NCBI GenBank assembly: GCA_025558095.1
Contig: JAIVFI010000025.1
Location: forward strand, 248,001 to 312,000
Direction of reading: 5' to 3'
DNA from: Hyaloraphidium curvatum SAG 235-1
Lineage: Eukaryota > Fungi > Monoblepharomycota
DNA: 64,000 nt
Below the pieces are notes generated by a model. It worked only from the letters and a program-made list of their open reading frames with translations, did no database searches and had not been told where the DNA came from. The translations under genes were made by a program, and so were the position numbers. Position 1 is the first letter of the stretch. Each line of letters begins with the position of its first letter. This document shows positions 1 to 13,096 of this stretch, piece after piece.

Positions 1-353
1 ACGCCTCGCTGCGCCGCGCGCAGCTCGCCGACCGGGGCGTCTCGCAGCGGCCCGTCCGCGAGGGCGCCGCGCGGACCCTGGCGGACCAGTACCAGGTGGA
101 GCTGCTGGGGGCGCACATGCTGCCGACCGACCTGCGGGCGTGGATTGCGCGGCTGGTGGCGCTGGGTGTCGAGGCCGAGGTGCAGCTCGCGGACGTGGAC
201 CCGTCGACGGAGGCGCTGTGCGCCGTCGCGGCGGAGGACGGGGGCAGGGCGGCGGACGCGGGGCAGTACCAGGCGGGGTGGAAGGTGCTCTCGCGCGTCG
301 ATACCAGGGGCGGGCTGCTTGCGAGCAAATACCGGTCGCGGCGAGATTCGTAG
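1..353 (+). CDS. 3' end of a hypothetical protein gene entering from the window edge
   Basis: Open frame with GC-rich third positions from the edge to TAG at 351-353 (...GWKVLSRVDTRGGLLASKYRSRRDS*); no motif recognised. Confidence 0.55.
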   Translation, partial: ASLRRAQLADRGVSQRPVREGAARTLADQYQVELLGAHMLPTDLRAWIARLVALGVEAEVQLADVDPSTEALCAVAAEDGGRAADAGQYQAGWKVLSRVDTRGGLLASKYRSRRDS

Positions 354-431
354 ATGGTTGATCGGCGTCGCCGTAAACACACCCCAGAACTATCACCTAT
401 ACCCATCGGTTCCGCCTGTGGACGCGCCAGA

Positions 432-2376
432 ATGGCGTCCGGCGTGAAGCGCAAGGCCGCAGAGGCGCCGATCTTCTCCTGCCCGACAATCATGAAGGTG
501 CCTGGCTCCCGCAGCCTTCGCAATGCCGCTCGCTCAACCTCGCGTCCCCGCGAAGAAACGCGTCGGCACGCTCGAGGTCTTTGGCGACGGCATCGCGTGG
601 ACCGAGGCGCCGGACGTGGGCGCTGCGCCGGCCATCGGCGCGGTGTTCGTGCCGTTCGAGCGCATCAAGAGCCAGGCCGTCAACGCGGCGACGTCGGCAA
701 AGGTGCTCCTGCGCGTCAACCTCGCCGAGCGGCTGCCCGACGGCACCGACGCCTTGACCTTCAACTTCCCCGGCGGGCCCGAGGAGGCCGCCGAGGCGCG
801 CGACGCGCTCAAGGAGGTGATCGGCGGCGCCCTCAAGCGCGCCGTCGCGCAGCCGCAGTTGTCGGCCGGCCCGCTGCCGACTGCGGAGGACCTCACGCTG
901 CGGCGGGCGCTGCTCGAGGGGGACCGGGACCTGAAGCGGCTGCACCGCGAGCTGGTCGTCGAGGGCGCCGTGGCCGAGGAGGACTTTTGGGAGCTGCGAC
1001 AGGACCTACTGGCGGACTTCCGGCTGCAGCGAAACCAGCGCAAGGGAATCGCGCACGGCGCCGCGGCGGAGGCGCCGGTCAAGGCGTCCGGCCGCAGCAG
1101 CAAGGTCTCCTTGACGCCCGAGGCGATCCAGAAGATCTTTGCGCAGAACCCGGCCGTGTACCGGGCGTACCAGGAGAACGTGCCGGACAAGGTGTCGGAG
1201 AAGGATTTCTGGACGCGGTACCTTGCCGAGCAGATGCGCGATGATGGGCCTCTGGCAAAGAGTCACGACGCGTTGTTCGACAGCACGCTTCCTGCGGACG
1301 GTGGGCGTGGCCGTGGACTCTTCTTTTCGCGCGTGACCTCAGGGACGACAGACGGCGATCGCCCGCTGCCCCGCCCGAGCATGCCCTTTATCGACCTGGA
1401 AGCGACTGCGGAGGACAATGTCAAAGTGCGAATCGCACTACTCCGGCGTGGTTTGCTCGGCTAATGCTCGGCTCCAGGACTACCAATACGGCAACAAGCC
1501 CGACCCGACAATGGTCCCGGGTGCCAACGAAAGCCGAATGGACCTGCTGCGTCGCCTCAACAAGTACTCGTCCATGGTATTGGATCAGACCGTGTCGGCC
1601 GCGCGCGGTGCGGAAGGCAGGAAGGGCATCGTCGAAAAGGTCGGCGGCCTCTTGCGCCCCCATGTCGGTCGTGGTGCTGACGGGTAACGGACGTTCCAGG
1701 AGATTGTGATCGAGGACCTTGCCGGAGAGGATCTGCAGCGGGGAATGGAGCTCCGCGTCACGGACCAGGCGCGGTACTTCCCATCCCAAACGGACAGTGC
1801 CGGCCAGCCGACAGGCATGGTAAGGGCGTTGAGGGATGCGTCTCCCTGTTCTTACGCCTCTCCGTAGACCGTGGACGCGGACGACCTGGAAGCCTTCCTC
1901 CAAAACGCAACGCAGTACAACCCGGCTCCGCAACAGGTAGGGATCTTTGGGCAGGTGATGGCTGTTGATTAAATGCGGGGCGTGTTGCAGCTTGTTGTGG
2001 ATCCTGCCTCTTGCCTGCGAGTGGTGGAGGACCTGACGAGAATCCTGGACGCGGGCGATCGAGCTGGTGAGCAACCTTGCTTGCAACGCGTTCTAGTTTC
2101 GCAGAGTGACATGTGTGTGTTCAAGGCACCCGGGTGCACGTCCCGCACGACGTGGCGTCTCTCCACCTCGCCGCTACCGAGGCGCTGCGACACTTTTGGG
2201 GCGCGTTCCCTCCGTCCACCACGAAGCAGAGGGATAAGCTGCTCCGGGTCGAAAAAGTGCTGCGCAACCAACTGGAGCAGATGCTGCGCGCCTCCGGGGA
2301 ACACAATGCCCTGCGCAGCGACGTCGCTGCCATCCAGAACGCGCTCAACCGGTTTGCCCAAGTCGTGGCAACGTGA
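432..2376 (+). CDS. TFB1: TFIIH p62 subunit (PH + BSD domains), multi-exon
   Basis: MASGVKRK...KRVGTLEVFGDGIAW (PH-like); BSD motifs LHRELVVEGAVAEEDFW and IFAQNPAVYRAYQENVPDKVSEKDFWTRY; C-terminal EALRHFWGAFP. Confidence 0.9.
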
Positions 2377-2397
2377 CATGGACACCGGAGTGGTAGA

Positions 2398-3495
2398 CTA
2401 TTCCGGCCCCTTCTTGTGAGCAATCATCAGCGCAAGCAAGATCGGGAGGTGGAGCAGGCTGGCAAAGAACAGCCGACGCGCCGTCTTCTCGCCGGGCTTG
2501 CGCCAGAACTCCACCGCGAGGCCCGTCAGGACCGCATTGGCGATCCCCGAGTCGACGAGGAAATACGCGTCCGTCAAGCCCACCCAGGTGCAGCCCCAGG
2601 TGATGGGGAAGAGCGCCAGGCTGTAGCGCAGGGACACACGGGTCGTCAGCTTCGGATCGATTACCGACATCATCCGGTACCCGGCCTTCGAGTAATCGGC
2701 GCGGAGGTTCCAGCTGAGGGAGTTGAAATGCGGGAACTGCCACGCGTACAGGATGCCGCCGAGGAGCAAGGCACCGGGATCGATGGTGCCCGTCACGGCG
2801 GTCCAGCCCATCATCGGCGGGATGGCGCCGACGACGGCCCCGACCCAGGTGTTTGCGATCGAGGTCCGCTTCAGAGGCGTGTAGACGGCGGTGTAGAGGA
2901 TGATGTTGAGGCCGCCGAGGAGCGCCGTGATCGGATTGACGAAGTGGTAGAGCACTCCGACACCAACGATTCCGGCCACGGTGCCGAAAGTGAACGCGTG
3001 CGTGGGGCTGAGCAGGTGCCGCACCAGCACGCGGTTGCGGGTGCGGGCCATCTGCGCGTCGAACGGGAACTCGACCCACTGGTTGATCGAGTTGGCCGAG
3101 CTCACGCACAGCGCGGTTCCCAGGGTCGTCCATGCCAGGGCCGAGACGTGTCCGATCGGGGGCGCGAGGGCGTACCCGCACATGGTCGTGAGCACGACCA
3201 GCGATGCCAGGCGCGCCTTCGACAGGTCGGTGTAGGACGCCAAGGCCGAGGGCGTCACGCGCTTCCATCGCACCGCGCGTTCCTGGCCATCAAGCGCCAT
3301 AACGCGCTCGCCAAAGTCGATTCCTTCGTCGGCCGGTTGCTGCCGCGCGCCGCGCGTCCCCTTCTGCGTCGTCGCCACGTGACGGACCGGCAAGCTCAGG
3401 CACACCACCGCCACCTTCGGTCCGCAGCGCGGCGCGGCCATCGCGCCCCGCAAAGGCAGGCATCGTGCGGATAACGTCACGGAACGCGCGAACAT
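2398..3495 (-). CDS. COX10: Protoheme IX farnesyltransferase (heme O synthase), apparently single exon
   Basis: LSKARLASLVVLTT, NQWVEFPFDAQMARTRNRVL, YTPLKR, WQFPHFNSLSW; mitochondrial-presequence-like start MFARSVTLSAR. Confidence 0.95.
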   Translation of the reverse strand: MFARSVTLSARCLPLRGAMAAPRCGPKVAVVCLSLPVRHVATTQKGTRGARQQPADEGIDFGERVMALDGQERAVRWKRVTPSALASYTDLSKARLASLVVLTTMCGYALAPPIGHVSALAWTTLGTALCVSSANSINQWVEFPFDAQMARTRNRVLVRHLLSPTHAFTFGTVAGIVGVGVLYHFVNPITALLGGLNIILYTAVYTPLKRTSIANTWVGAVVGAIPPMMGWTAVTGTIDPGALLLGGILYAWQFPHFNSLSWNLRADYSKAGYRMMSVIDPKLTTRVSLRYSLALFPITWGCTWVGLTDAYFLVDSGIANAVLTGLAVEFWRKPGEKTARRLFFASLLHLPILLALMIAHKKGPE

Positions 3496-3611
3496 GGGCG
3501 CCAAGGCAACGAGACGGCCTGCAGGGCGACTGAGGGCAGGCACGGCGAGGCCGTTTCGTAAGGCGATCACATCAGTCAGGGCTTCACGTTTCGTGCATTT
3601 CAAGTACGTTT

Positions 3612-5431
3612 TCATTTCGAGCTGCCATCGTATGCAAGTACATGGAGCGACGAATCCGATCCGCCGGCCAAGATGAGGTTGTCCACCCAGTCCATATCGA
3701 GCACTTTGTTGCCCGCGTCCTGCGCGGGGGTCGAGAAGAGCGCGCTGTCGCTCCGAATGTCCCAGATCTTCACCAGGGAGTCGTAGGAGGCCGTTGCAAA
3801 CGCATAGTCGTTCGACGCAGACCATTTCACCGCGCTGATCCAGCCCTGGTGGCCTGAAAACTTCAACTTGACAGCATTGCCGTCTGAGGGAAAATCGTCA
3901 GCGCCAAGCGAGTAGGCCTCAAGAGCGATGACACATCACCTGACACCCGAGCATCCCATATGCGAGCAACGCGATCCGAATGTCCCGTAACAATCAGGCC
4001 CGCGACCTTGGAAACGTCAATTGCGTTGACGGCCTTGTCCGACGTCTGCAAGCCAGTGTAAGTCGCCACACCGGAGACCATCACCGCGCGATACAACCAT
4101 CGTCCTCGTGTTTATTCCGGTTTCCATGTCCCATCGTCGAATAGAGTGGTCCATACTCCCCGACAAGAGCGCACGTCCATCCGCAGTCCCGTCGAAGCAA
4201 ACACAGGAGACACCCGCCGAATGGCCCTCAAATGACCTCAGGGGTGCCTGCGGTCCTCCGGGTAAGGCCATGTCGAAGCAGAGCTACGCCGGAAACAGCC
4301 ACCTTGACAGGCACGTCGCTCTCAGCGTCGCCTCTCCTCCGCTTAGACGGTCTCGCGCCATCATCCGTTTGTACTTGGTCCAGGTCATCCGTGGATGTCG
4401 TCCACAGCTTGACCGTTCCGTCAAATGAAGCGCTGGCAAACTGCGGGGCAGAGTTGCAAAGAGTTGGCGCCGAGATCGGGGAATGGCACTCGAGCTTACA
4501 TGACGGGAATCCATGGACACAGCTAGGGCATCGACGCTGCTCGCGTGGCCAACACAGGTGAAGGAGACCGACGGCATCCATCGTTCGTCAAGCTGAGGAC
4601 CGGGTGTCACCCCAAAGCAACCATGCGCTGCTTCAGGTCAACCAAACCTTCCAAGCCGTAATACGCTGGTCCGATCCGCCTGTCAGACAATGCTCGTGAC
4701 TCGTTCCGTCTGTTCGTTTCGGTGAAAAGGTGCAAGGGTAGTTGGACATCAGCCTCGTACCTCTCGGAAACCACCACCCAACAGCCTTGACCGGGTCCTT
4801 TCCGGCAGCGAGAGTAGCAACACAGGCTCCGCTCTTGTTCCACACCCTGGCGCTACCATCGTAGCAGCCCGTCAGGATAACCTGGCTGTCCCACCGACGC
4901 ACGTCAATATCCAGGGCGTGGGACAGCAAGCGGCCTGCTCACGAGCTACTGTTGCCCGATACTGATGAAACCCAATCTGGATGCGGAAAGCCGCCGATCT
5001 CGGAGGGCGGCCGCGCCGAAGGCAGGTACTCCAGAACCACTGTCGTTTCCTTGCAAAGATGCCTCGTCAGAGTGTCCCCATAGCTGCCCAGCGGCGACTG
5101 ATCTCATACCAGCGACAAGGCGTTGGAGGTAACGTGCTCCAGCAGGCTTGTCCTCAGAAACTGCCCGTCAACCAGGAAATCGAAGGGAACAGGAGTCTCT
5201 GCGGTCGATCGGACTTCAGCGATGTGGCCACAGCGGACTGTCGGTCCAGCAACCTCTTGCGAGAACGTGATTCACAATCTCCGAGAGGCCATAGCGCTTC
5301 AGCGACGCCGGCAACAGCATGCCGGTCTCTGGAATCCTGTACTGCTCATGCTTCGTGACAAACTCGACCCGGACCTGGCGATCCTGGGCCACCGCAGGCT
5401 CCCGGGCACCGTCTGCGCCCGGCCCCGCCAT
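3612..5431 (-). CDS. YTM1: Ribosome biogenesis WD40 protein Ytm1/WDR12, multi-exon
   Basis: N-terminal NLE-like LPASLKRYGLSEIVNHVL...PFDFL; WD40 repeats (LTGCYDGSARVW, GHQGWISAVKWS, SYDSLVKIWDIRS). Confidence 0.9.
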
Positions 5432-5523
5432 TGCAGCTGCAGAGGAGGCGGGCCTCCAGTGTTGACTTGATTGGAGAGACAAGGGACTTGCTTGGTCAAG
5501 GCAAGCACGGAGCACGGACCAAC

Positions 5524-6616
5524 ATGGCGGAAGTAGAGGCTTCCGCCCCAGCCGACGGGGTGGAATCGGAGCAGGAGGCTTTGAAGTCGGTCCTCGTTAG
5601 TCCGGAGGAGGTACCCTACAGCCCCAGCGGCGAAGAGATCGTTCGTCTGAGAATCGCCGGTCTCGCCCAGTTCAACGTGAAGCACCCCCTGCAGTACTCC
5701 TGGACTCTGTGGTGCGCAGAACTTGACGTCGTGATGCGCTGCCTGGAGAGCCTGATGTGCTCGCCAGGTACGACTCCCCCGCCAAGAGGATGACGACGGC
5801 CAACTGGTCGCAGAACCTGAAGAAGCTGATTTCCTTCGACACCGTGGAGGTGAGGCGGGTTCTTGGTGTGTTGGCTTTGGTAAGCATTGCTCATTGGCGG
5901 TCTCCCCCGTACAGGACTTCTGGGGGTGGGTATGGGGTTCTCGGGGGGAGGGGCACGCTTGACAATGGTCCGGCAGGGTCTACAACAACATCATCAAGGC
6001 CTCGGACTTGACGGCCGGCTCCAACTACCACTTCTTCAAAACCGGCGTTCAGCCGATGTGGGGTGAGCACCTGGATGGGTCCCTGGCCACAAGAAGGGTC
6101 GGTTAAGCGCTGGTTTTCAGAGGACCCTGCCAACTCCAAAGGAGGCAAGTGGACTCTGAACGTGCCGCGGAATAGGAAGGCAGAGCTCGATCTGCTGTGG
6201 CTGTACACTGTGAGGACCGCGGCGGGGTGCTTTGGCTGAGTTGCCGAACTTACGCGGCGGCCGCAGATGCTGGGGTTGATTGGGCAGACGTTGGAGGACT
6301 CGAACGAGATCACGGGCGCAGTTGTTTCTATCCGGGCCAAGGGCGACCGGATAGCTATCTGGACGAAGACCGCTGGTGGGATCCGTCTATCGTTGCTCTA
6401 TTCTGCCATGTTCAAGCCCTGTCTGCAGCGGACAAGGAGGTGCAAGAGAAAATTGCGTAAGTGGTTCCATCTGGCCTTCTCGCCTGAAGGCCGCGTTGAC
6501 CGTTCCGCAGGCGAGCATGGAAGCAGGAATTGTCCGTGCCTGACACTGAGCAGCTTGGATACCTTCCACACGCCGAGGCGAGTGCAAAGGCTCCCAAGGA
6601 TGCGTATACCGTGTAG
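5524..6616 (+). CDS. TIF45: Translation initiation factor eIF4E, multi-exon
   Basis: KHPLQYSWTLWYD, FDTVEDFWGVYNNI, YHFFKTGVQPMWEDPANSKGGKW, ITGAVVSIRAKGDRIAIWT; includes an 11-nt exon at 5915-5925. Confidence 0.95.
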
Positions 6617-6644
6617 CACCCAGGAAAAGACTGTGTCAATCCCG

Positions 6645-8324
6645 CTAGTCGACAATGAGCCGCACGAGCACGTTTTCCGGTAGTCGTGTCAATGCAGCGT
6701 AAACGCTGTTCAGTCCTTTTGCATCGTCCACGCTGAGGTCGGCGACGAGGTACGAGAAGGCTCCTCTCGAATCACAGACTTGCTTCTCGATATTGTACTC
6801 GGAAAGGATGCGGTTAATTTGCTGTCCCAACAAAGAATTAGAACGGTTCACGCGCCCCCGCAAAAGCTACCCACCCGCAAAACACCGGGAACGTTCTGGT
6901 GCACGTTGAGAACCCTGATCCTGCTGCTGTTTGGCGGAATGGGCCGAACATCTGCGGACAAACGCGTTGGCCTCGGGATCACGCAAAGGTACGATGTGCC
7001 CACCTATACCCGGGAAGTTCACGCTATTGCTGCTGTTGCCGCTGTTCAGGTAGCGAGTCATCGCAGTGGCCACCTCAACCCCGATGGCGCTCTGCGCTTC
7101 CTCCGTCGAGCCTCCTGCGGGGATGCGGGGACAAATATGTCGATTAGGGCGTCCGCGAAATGATCGACCACCCAAGTACCAATATGAGGGGTCAGCAGGG
7201 TATTGGGGCAGCCTTGAAGCTCGGTCTTAAAGTCTTTCCCGTTGGCTTCGGGCTCCCAGGGAAAGACGTCCACGTAGCCTCCTGCTAACGCCCTATTCCG
7301 CAGCGCTGGGGCGAGTGCAGACAGGTCCACGACCGAACCCCTGCTCGCGTTGAGCAAATAGCTTCCCGGCTATAAGGTGGAAGTCGGTCTGTTGGCCTGT
7401 GATCAAAACACCCCAGCGAAGCACTCGAACCTTCATCAGACCAATCTCCCTCGGCCCAATCATGTTCTTCGTCTCGGGAGTCTCGGGCACGTGGAGTGTC
7501 ACAAAGTCCGCTTGAACGCAAGTCAATCATTCGTAGAAATTCCGGCGGCGGAGCCATACCCGTCTGCAGCAGCTCATCCAGCCGCACGAGACTGCGGGCT
7601 GTTCCAAGAGCCATGATCTGAAGCGTGTCGAAAAAGATGACCTTCATCCCCACGGCTTCCGCCAAGACGCTAAGCTGGCTCCCGATGTGACCGTATCCGA
7701 CGATGCCAAGCACTTTCCCGCGGACCTCGAAGCAATTGTCCGTCACGCGGTTGAAAACACCGCGGTGCATTTCCGTGTTGCGGTCCCCGACCTGACGAGC
7801 AAGCGCAATGATCTGACCCAGAATGAGCTCGGCTTGTAGAGGAGAACGGTTACGTCCAGAAGTCGACACGGGCGGGGCGTAACCCACCAACGCTGCGGCT
7901 GTTGCTGAACGGCGAATTGAAGACAGCGATACCGTGGGACGCAGCATACTCCAGATCGACCTGGTTGGTCCCGATGCAGAAGCAGCCGATCACGAGCAGC
8001 TTCTTGGCCTCCTTCAGGACCTCGGCAGACAGCTTCGTCTTGCTCCTGATCCTTCCGTAAGCCCCTCTCCGCATTCCCGGCAGCATGTGGCCCAGACCTA
8101 ATTCCAATGGCATGGACATCCCGTATCTTCTCCTTCAGGACATCCAAAGGCAGGCTCTTGGTGTGGGCCTCCACTTGGTAGCCCGCCGACTCGAGGATTT
8201 TGATCCCCGTAGCATTCACGTTCTCCAGAAGCAGGACCTTTATCTCCGTCGCTGGCAGCAGTGCAGAGCACGACTATCAGCTCGACTCCATTGCATCGAC
8301 CACCGGAGCCCCACTGTCGAACAT
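6645..8324 (-). CDS. SER3: D-3-phosphoglycerate dehydrogenase with C-terminal ACT domain, multi-exon; start uncertain (8324 or 8366)
   Basis: IKVLLLENVN, IGCFCIGTNQVDL, VFNSPFSNSRSV, GIVGYGHIGSQLSVLAE, NASRGSVVD, ACT motif VHQNVPGVL. Confidence 0.93.
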
Positions 8325-8394
8325 TGCGAGCGTGTGAAAACGCGCAAGGGAGCGGCAGCATGCCATACAGCTCGACTGGCGCGGCGGGAATCCA

Positions 8395-10350
8395 ATGAGC
8401 GACGACGTTCTGCAGCTGATCGAGGCGCCCTTCCGAAAGGTAGAGTGGCGATGCAGCTCGACATGGCTCGAGGTTGACCGCCCCGCGCGCTCAGCAGGCC
8501 AGCGGCGACGACGCTGCGCGCGAGAAAGCGGAGCCATCGGAAAGCCGGTCGTCGCATGGACATCGCGAGCGCGAACGCGACGAGCGCGATGGCGAGCGCT
8601 CGAGGTGGGCGGGCCGCCATGGGCGCGGGTTGCGGCTGACCCCGAGAGCAGGCGCGAGTCCGACCGGAGGCGGGAGGACGACGACGAACGCCGGCACAGC
8701 AGCTCGAAGCGCAAGCGGAGCCCGTCGGAGGCGAGCGATGGCAGGCGCCGGGAAAAGGACCGTCATCGCCGGGATTCGCGTTCCAGGTCGAGGCGGAGGG
8801 AGCGCTCTCGCGAGGATCGTCGCCGGGACGAATCGCGCGGCCGGGACGACCGGAGCTCCCACCGGTCGCGCCGCTCGGACGAGCGCTCGGAGCGGGCGAA
8901 CGGGAGCGATGGACGCGGGAGTCGGAGGAACCGGAGCCGGGACGGCGACTCGGAGCGGCGCAGGAGGGAGTCCTCGCGCGACGCGGACAGGAGGCATGAC
9001 GACCGGCGCCGTAGCCCGGACCCGTCCCGCCGCGCGCCTGTCAAGTGAGTTGCACTGATGAGCACGACGGTGTGGCGTTGCTCATCGTACCGTGGACGCC
9101 CAGACGCCCTGCTTCGCCGCCATTGAGCGACCTTGAACGCGACAAACGCACCGTTTTTTGTATGCAGCTGGCGGCCAGGCTTCGCGAGAAGGAGCTATCG
9201 GCCTTTTTCGAGTCAGTCGGTCGCGTCCGCGATGCCCGAATCATCACGGACAGGAACTCGGGCCGGTCTAAAGGGTAGGTGGCGACAAGCTCCGCTCCGA
9301 TGACTTGAATCTGATCGCCTTGCGCGCGCAGGGTGGGGTACGTTGAATTCTACGAGGAATCATCAGTGCCGGCCGCCATCGCCTTGACCGGGCAGAAGCT
9401 CCTAGGCATCCCGATCATAGTCACTCTCACGGAGTCCGAAAAGAACAGACTCGCGGAGGCTGAAAAGGCCGCGTAGGGTTTGCAAGCCGCTGTGGTTGGG
9501 CCCCGCTCACTGTTTCCACAGCCAAGCGCTCGCTGCGGGAATCAGTGTGGGCGGCCGCTACGGCACTCCGGTCAGCCGCCTCTACATTGGCAACGTTCAC
9601 TTCAACCTCACGGAAGTCGATATCCGGCAAGTTTTCGAACCATTCGGGCCTGTGGAAAGCGTCAGCCTTCACCTGGAAACAGATGGCCGGTCGAAAGGGT
9701 ACGCCTTTGTTCAGTTCAAGCACACGGACGATGCGCGGAAGGCGCTTGAGCAGATGAACGGCTTCGAGTTGGCTGGGCGGCAGCTCAAGGTGGAGTACGT
9801 CGCGGAAAAGGCACTGGCGGCTCCACCGGCGTCTTCGCTGTCTCTGAGCATCGATGAAGGAGGTAGGATTTCGAGCGTGGACGTGCCGGCGAAGCTGACG
9901 GACGGACCCTGCGACTCAGAAACCAACTTTGCGATGAACGCGCAGACGAGGGCTGAATTGATGCAGAAGCTCGCCGCCAGGTCGTCAAGTGATCTATTCC
10001 AGCCCCAGCCAAAGCCGAAACCTCAGTCATCCTCCATCCGCCTCACGAACATGTTCGATCCTGAGGAGTAAGCAACCGCCGGGCAACTTGCAAACACTGG
10101 CTGATGGGAGCTCTCGCCTTTCAGAGAAACTGAACCTAACTGGGACGAGGAAATAGCGGAGGACGTGGCTTCGGAGGCCGGGAAGTACGGCAAGGTCGTC
10201 AAGCTGCGGGTTGACAAGAACTCGCAGGGCCACGTCTACATCACTTTCGACTCGCCGGCATCTGCACAGTCAGCTATCGCTGCCTTGAACGGCAGATGGT
10301 TCTCGGGCAAGCAGGTTGTAGCGTCCGTGGTTCCCGATTCATCCGTGTAG
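8395..10350 (+). CDS. RBM39: RBM39/CAPER-like splicing factor (RS region + 2 RRM + UHM)
   Basis: [15 protein letters not shown] start; [16 protein letters not shown]; [13 protein letters not shown]; RAELMQKLA; LTNMFDPEE; [10 protein letters not shown]. Confidence 0.93.
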
Positions 10351-10378
10351 CCCTAGCTGCTCCTCAATCGGACAAAGT

Positions 10379-12964
10379 TCATCGCGTTGGTGCCACATCT
10401 TGGCCACCAAACGGTCCGTAAATTCCTTGCGGGGGCCGTGCACCTCCTGGCCCCTGCATGTTGACGTTGCTGGCCATGGCAATGAGATCATCAATCGAAC
10501 GAGGGTTGGGAAGTCCCTGCGGCTGGCGTCCGTCCGCCGGTATCTGCGGGAACGGGCCTTGGTGTCCACGGAACACGTCAGGGCCAGGACGCTGTTGCGC
10601 GCCAATCATTGCCGGGTTCGACAAAGGGAGCATCGCAGGGTTCATGGGCACTGGGGGGTTCATGGCGATCTGAGCGCCCATGGGCTGCGGTCGTCCGAAC
10701 ATGAGCCGCATGAGCTGGTCTTCGCCGGGCGGCCCCGGCGGAAGCTGATGCGAGCGCGGGTGCTGTCCGTAGGCCGGCATGGGGCCCGCCATGGGGAAGA
10801 AAGGAGGGAAAGGCGGCGGTGGACCGAAAGAACCTGGAGGGGCATTGGAGATTTGCGGAGGAAGGGGTGGCCCACCCAGCGCGACAGAGGGAGCGGAAGA
10901 CGGAGTCCCGCGAGGGATGTGCGACTGCGGCTGGACACAGATTACTCAAGGTCCTCGAAAGCAGGGGAAGTCACTCACTGCAACAGGTCCGGAACGCGCC
11001 AACATGTCCATCACGCGTTTGAAGTCGTCGTCAGGAGGAGGCTGCTTGGGCAAGTCTTTGGTTTCAACCCCAAAGCGTTGGAGCAAATCGTGCTCGGAAA
11101 GCATCGCTGGCTGCGCACGAAGACTTGGTGCTCCGGGGCCCGGGGCAAGCAGCGGTCCCGGGGGCGGAAGCGAGAAGCTCGCGATCGGAGCAGCCGGCCT
11201 CCCCGCTTGTTCATGGTTGATCATCTGAAGAATGGCAGATCTCGGCGAGGTGTCGCGTTGCGACTGCGTGGCATCCGCAGCTGATCTGGCTTCCCCGGCG
11301 TCTCGGGTTGTCGGCGACGGCGTGCTTAAACCTCCGCCAAAGCTGCTTGGCGCGGAGGGAGGCGGCGATTGAACGGGCGGAGAAGGCCCCTCTTTCGAAG
11401 AAGCACGATCCTCGCGGCCGTTCCCGTCAGTTCCAAAGAACTTGCTAAACTTCGACCGCCCGGATGGTTCCTTCACCGGCATTGCGATCGCCACGCCCGA
11501 GCTCGTTGCTGCAGCTCCGGTCCCAGGCATCGGGGGTCGATCGTTGGCCGAAGCGATCCGATCGCCCATGGGTGCGGCGGAAGTTTGTCTCGACGCAAAG
11601 CTGTCCCGCAACGACCCCGAATTCTGTGGCACGTACTCCGGCTCACGATCCGCGATCCCGTCAGTCTTCAATGCTCCTGCTCTCTCCCGTTCCTTCATGA
11701 AGGCTTTGAACCGCTGAATGTCGTCCATGTCGCCCGATGCGAGCTCTGAGCTCTGAGCAGCCGTCTCCTCCGGTTCAAAGTCCATCCACTCCGGCGCAAA
11801 ATCCCGCCGTCTATTGCTGACGGGCGCCTCGGAGCGGGCGCTCGCTCCGTCGGCAGCTCGCCAATTCAGAGACGAGCTGCCACCATCTGGGCAGGCGTCA
11901 GCTCGACCACCCTCTGTCATGTCACTCCGTGCTCACCGATGCGAGGTCCGCTTGCTCTTCCATCCACAGGATCTCGCCCGACTTGGCCACGGCCATCTAG
12001 CCCGTCACTGTATCTGTCCGCTCTTCGCTCGTTTTGCTGCTGCGGTAGCGCCTTGTTCTGAGCCACCTGACCGGCCGACGCAGCCTTCGGACCGTCCGCG
12101 GCAGCCCGTCGAGATCCCTGCGCAGACTTTTCCCCTGCTGCGGCCGGCCGACGGTCGCGCTCGCCGCGGTCCGAGAGCTCGCCACGGTCTCGGCGGTCCT
12201 TTTCGCCCACGTCCAATTTCGCCGACTCATCCCCCCGATCCCGTGCCTCGTATCTGTCCCTCTTTGCCGGGCCCGACGAGGCGTCCGGGCCACCCACCAC
12301 TTTATCGCCTCGTTCCGGCCTCCCGACAGACTCTGAGTTCGATCGATCATGCTTTTCAGTCCTGTTTCTCCCGCCTTGCGGTCCCGGTGCCCTTGTGCGA
12401 TCGTCGGTGTACTGCGGCGAGTAAGGCTCAGCGTCGCACCAAAGGAGAAGCATCGAGCACCAACGACTCTGGACCCCTTCGAGAACAACCGAATCGTGCC
12501 ATCTTCTTCTCCATCGGGTTTGGCCACTGCACCATGGCGCGACGAAGCGAAGCTCATTTTCGGAGGTCCGAGCACGATCCCGCGGGCCGCACGAGAGGCA
12601 GATCTTTCCTCCCGATCTCCCCTGTCGCCCGACTGCAGCTCCTCGTCTGCAGCCGCATCACTTCCATCTGAAGAGTAGAGGTTCAGGTATGAGGCGCCCT
12701 GACCCGGGACAGCAGCTCACAGTTTCCGGAGATCGCCCCGTCGGACGGCTTCCTGCGATTCCACGGGGTTGGGGTCAGGGGAATGGGGACAAATGCCATC
12801 GCGGAAACACACCCAAAATAGAGCTCCGGTCCTGGGAGGTTATCGGGTTTGGCGACCAGCGGACTGTCTTGGAGCGCGAGAAGAAAGGCGCGTGTGTACC
12901 GGGCTTTGGCTGCCGTTGCGGTCTCTAGCGGCGCAGCGTCGTTTCCGGAACTGTCGTCCGTCAT
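10379..12964 (-). CDS. Low-complexity eIF4E-binding protein, 4E-T/Eap1-like, multi-exon
   Basis: N-terminal YxxxxL-phi motif RYTRAFLLALQDSPLVAKP; PEWMD...DDIQRFKAFMKERE; SKFSKFF; Pro/Gln-rich C-terminus. Confidence 0.65.
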
Positions 12965-13096
12965 CGGACCGCCGCGCTGCGGCCGCCAACGCGAGGAAAA
13001 CGCGTCGCGGGCGGTCCTGTCCCGTCCAGCGCGGACAGTTCGGTTGACGTCCCGCCATCACATCGGCCCGCCAAAGCACAAACACCGGGTGAAGCG

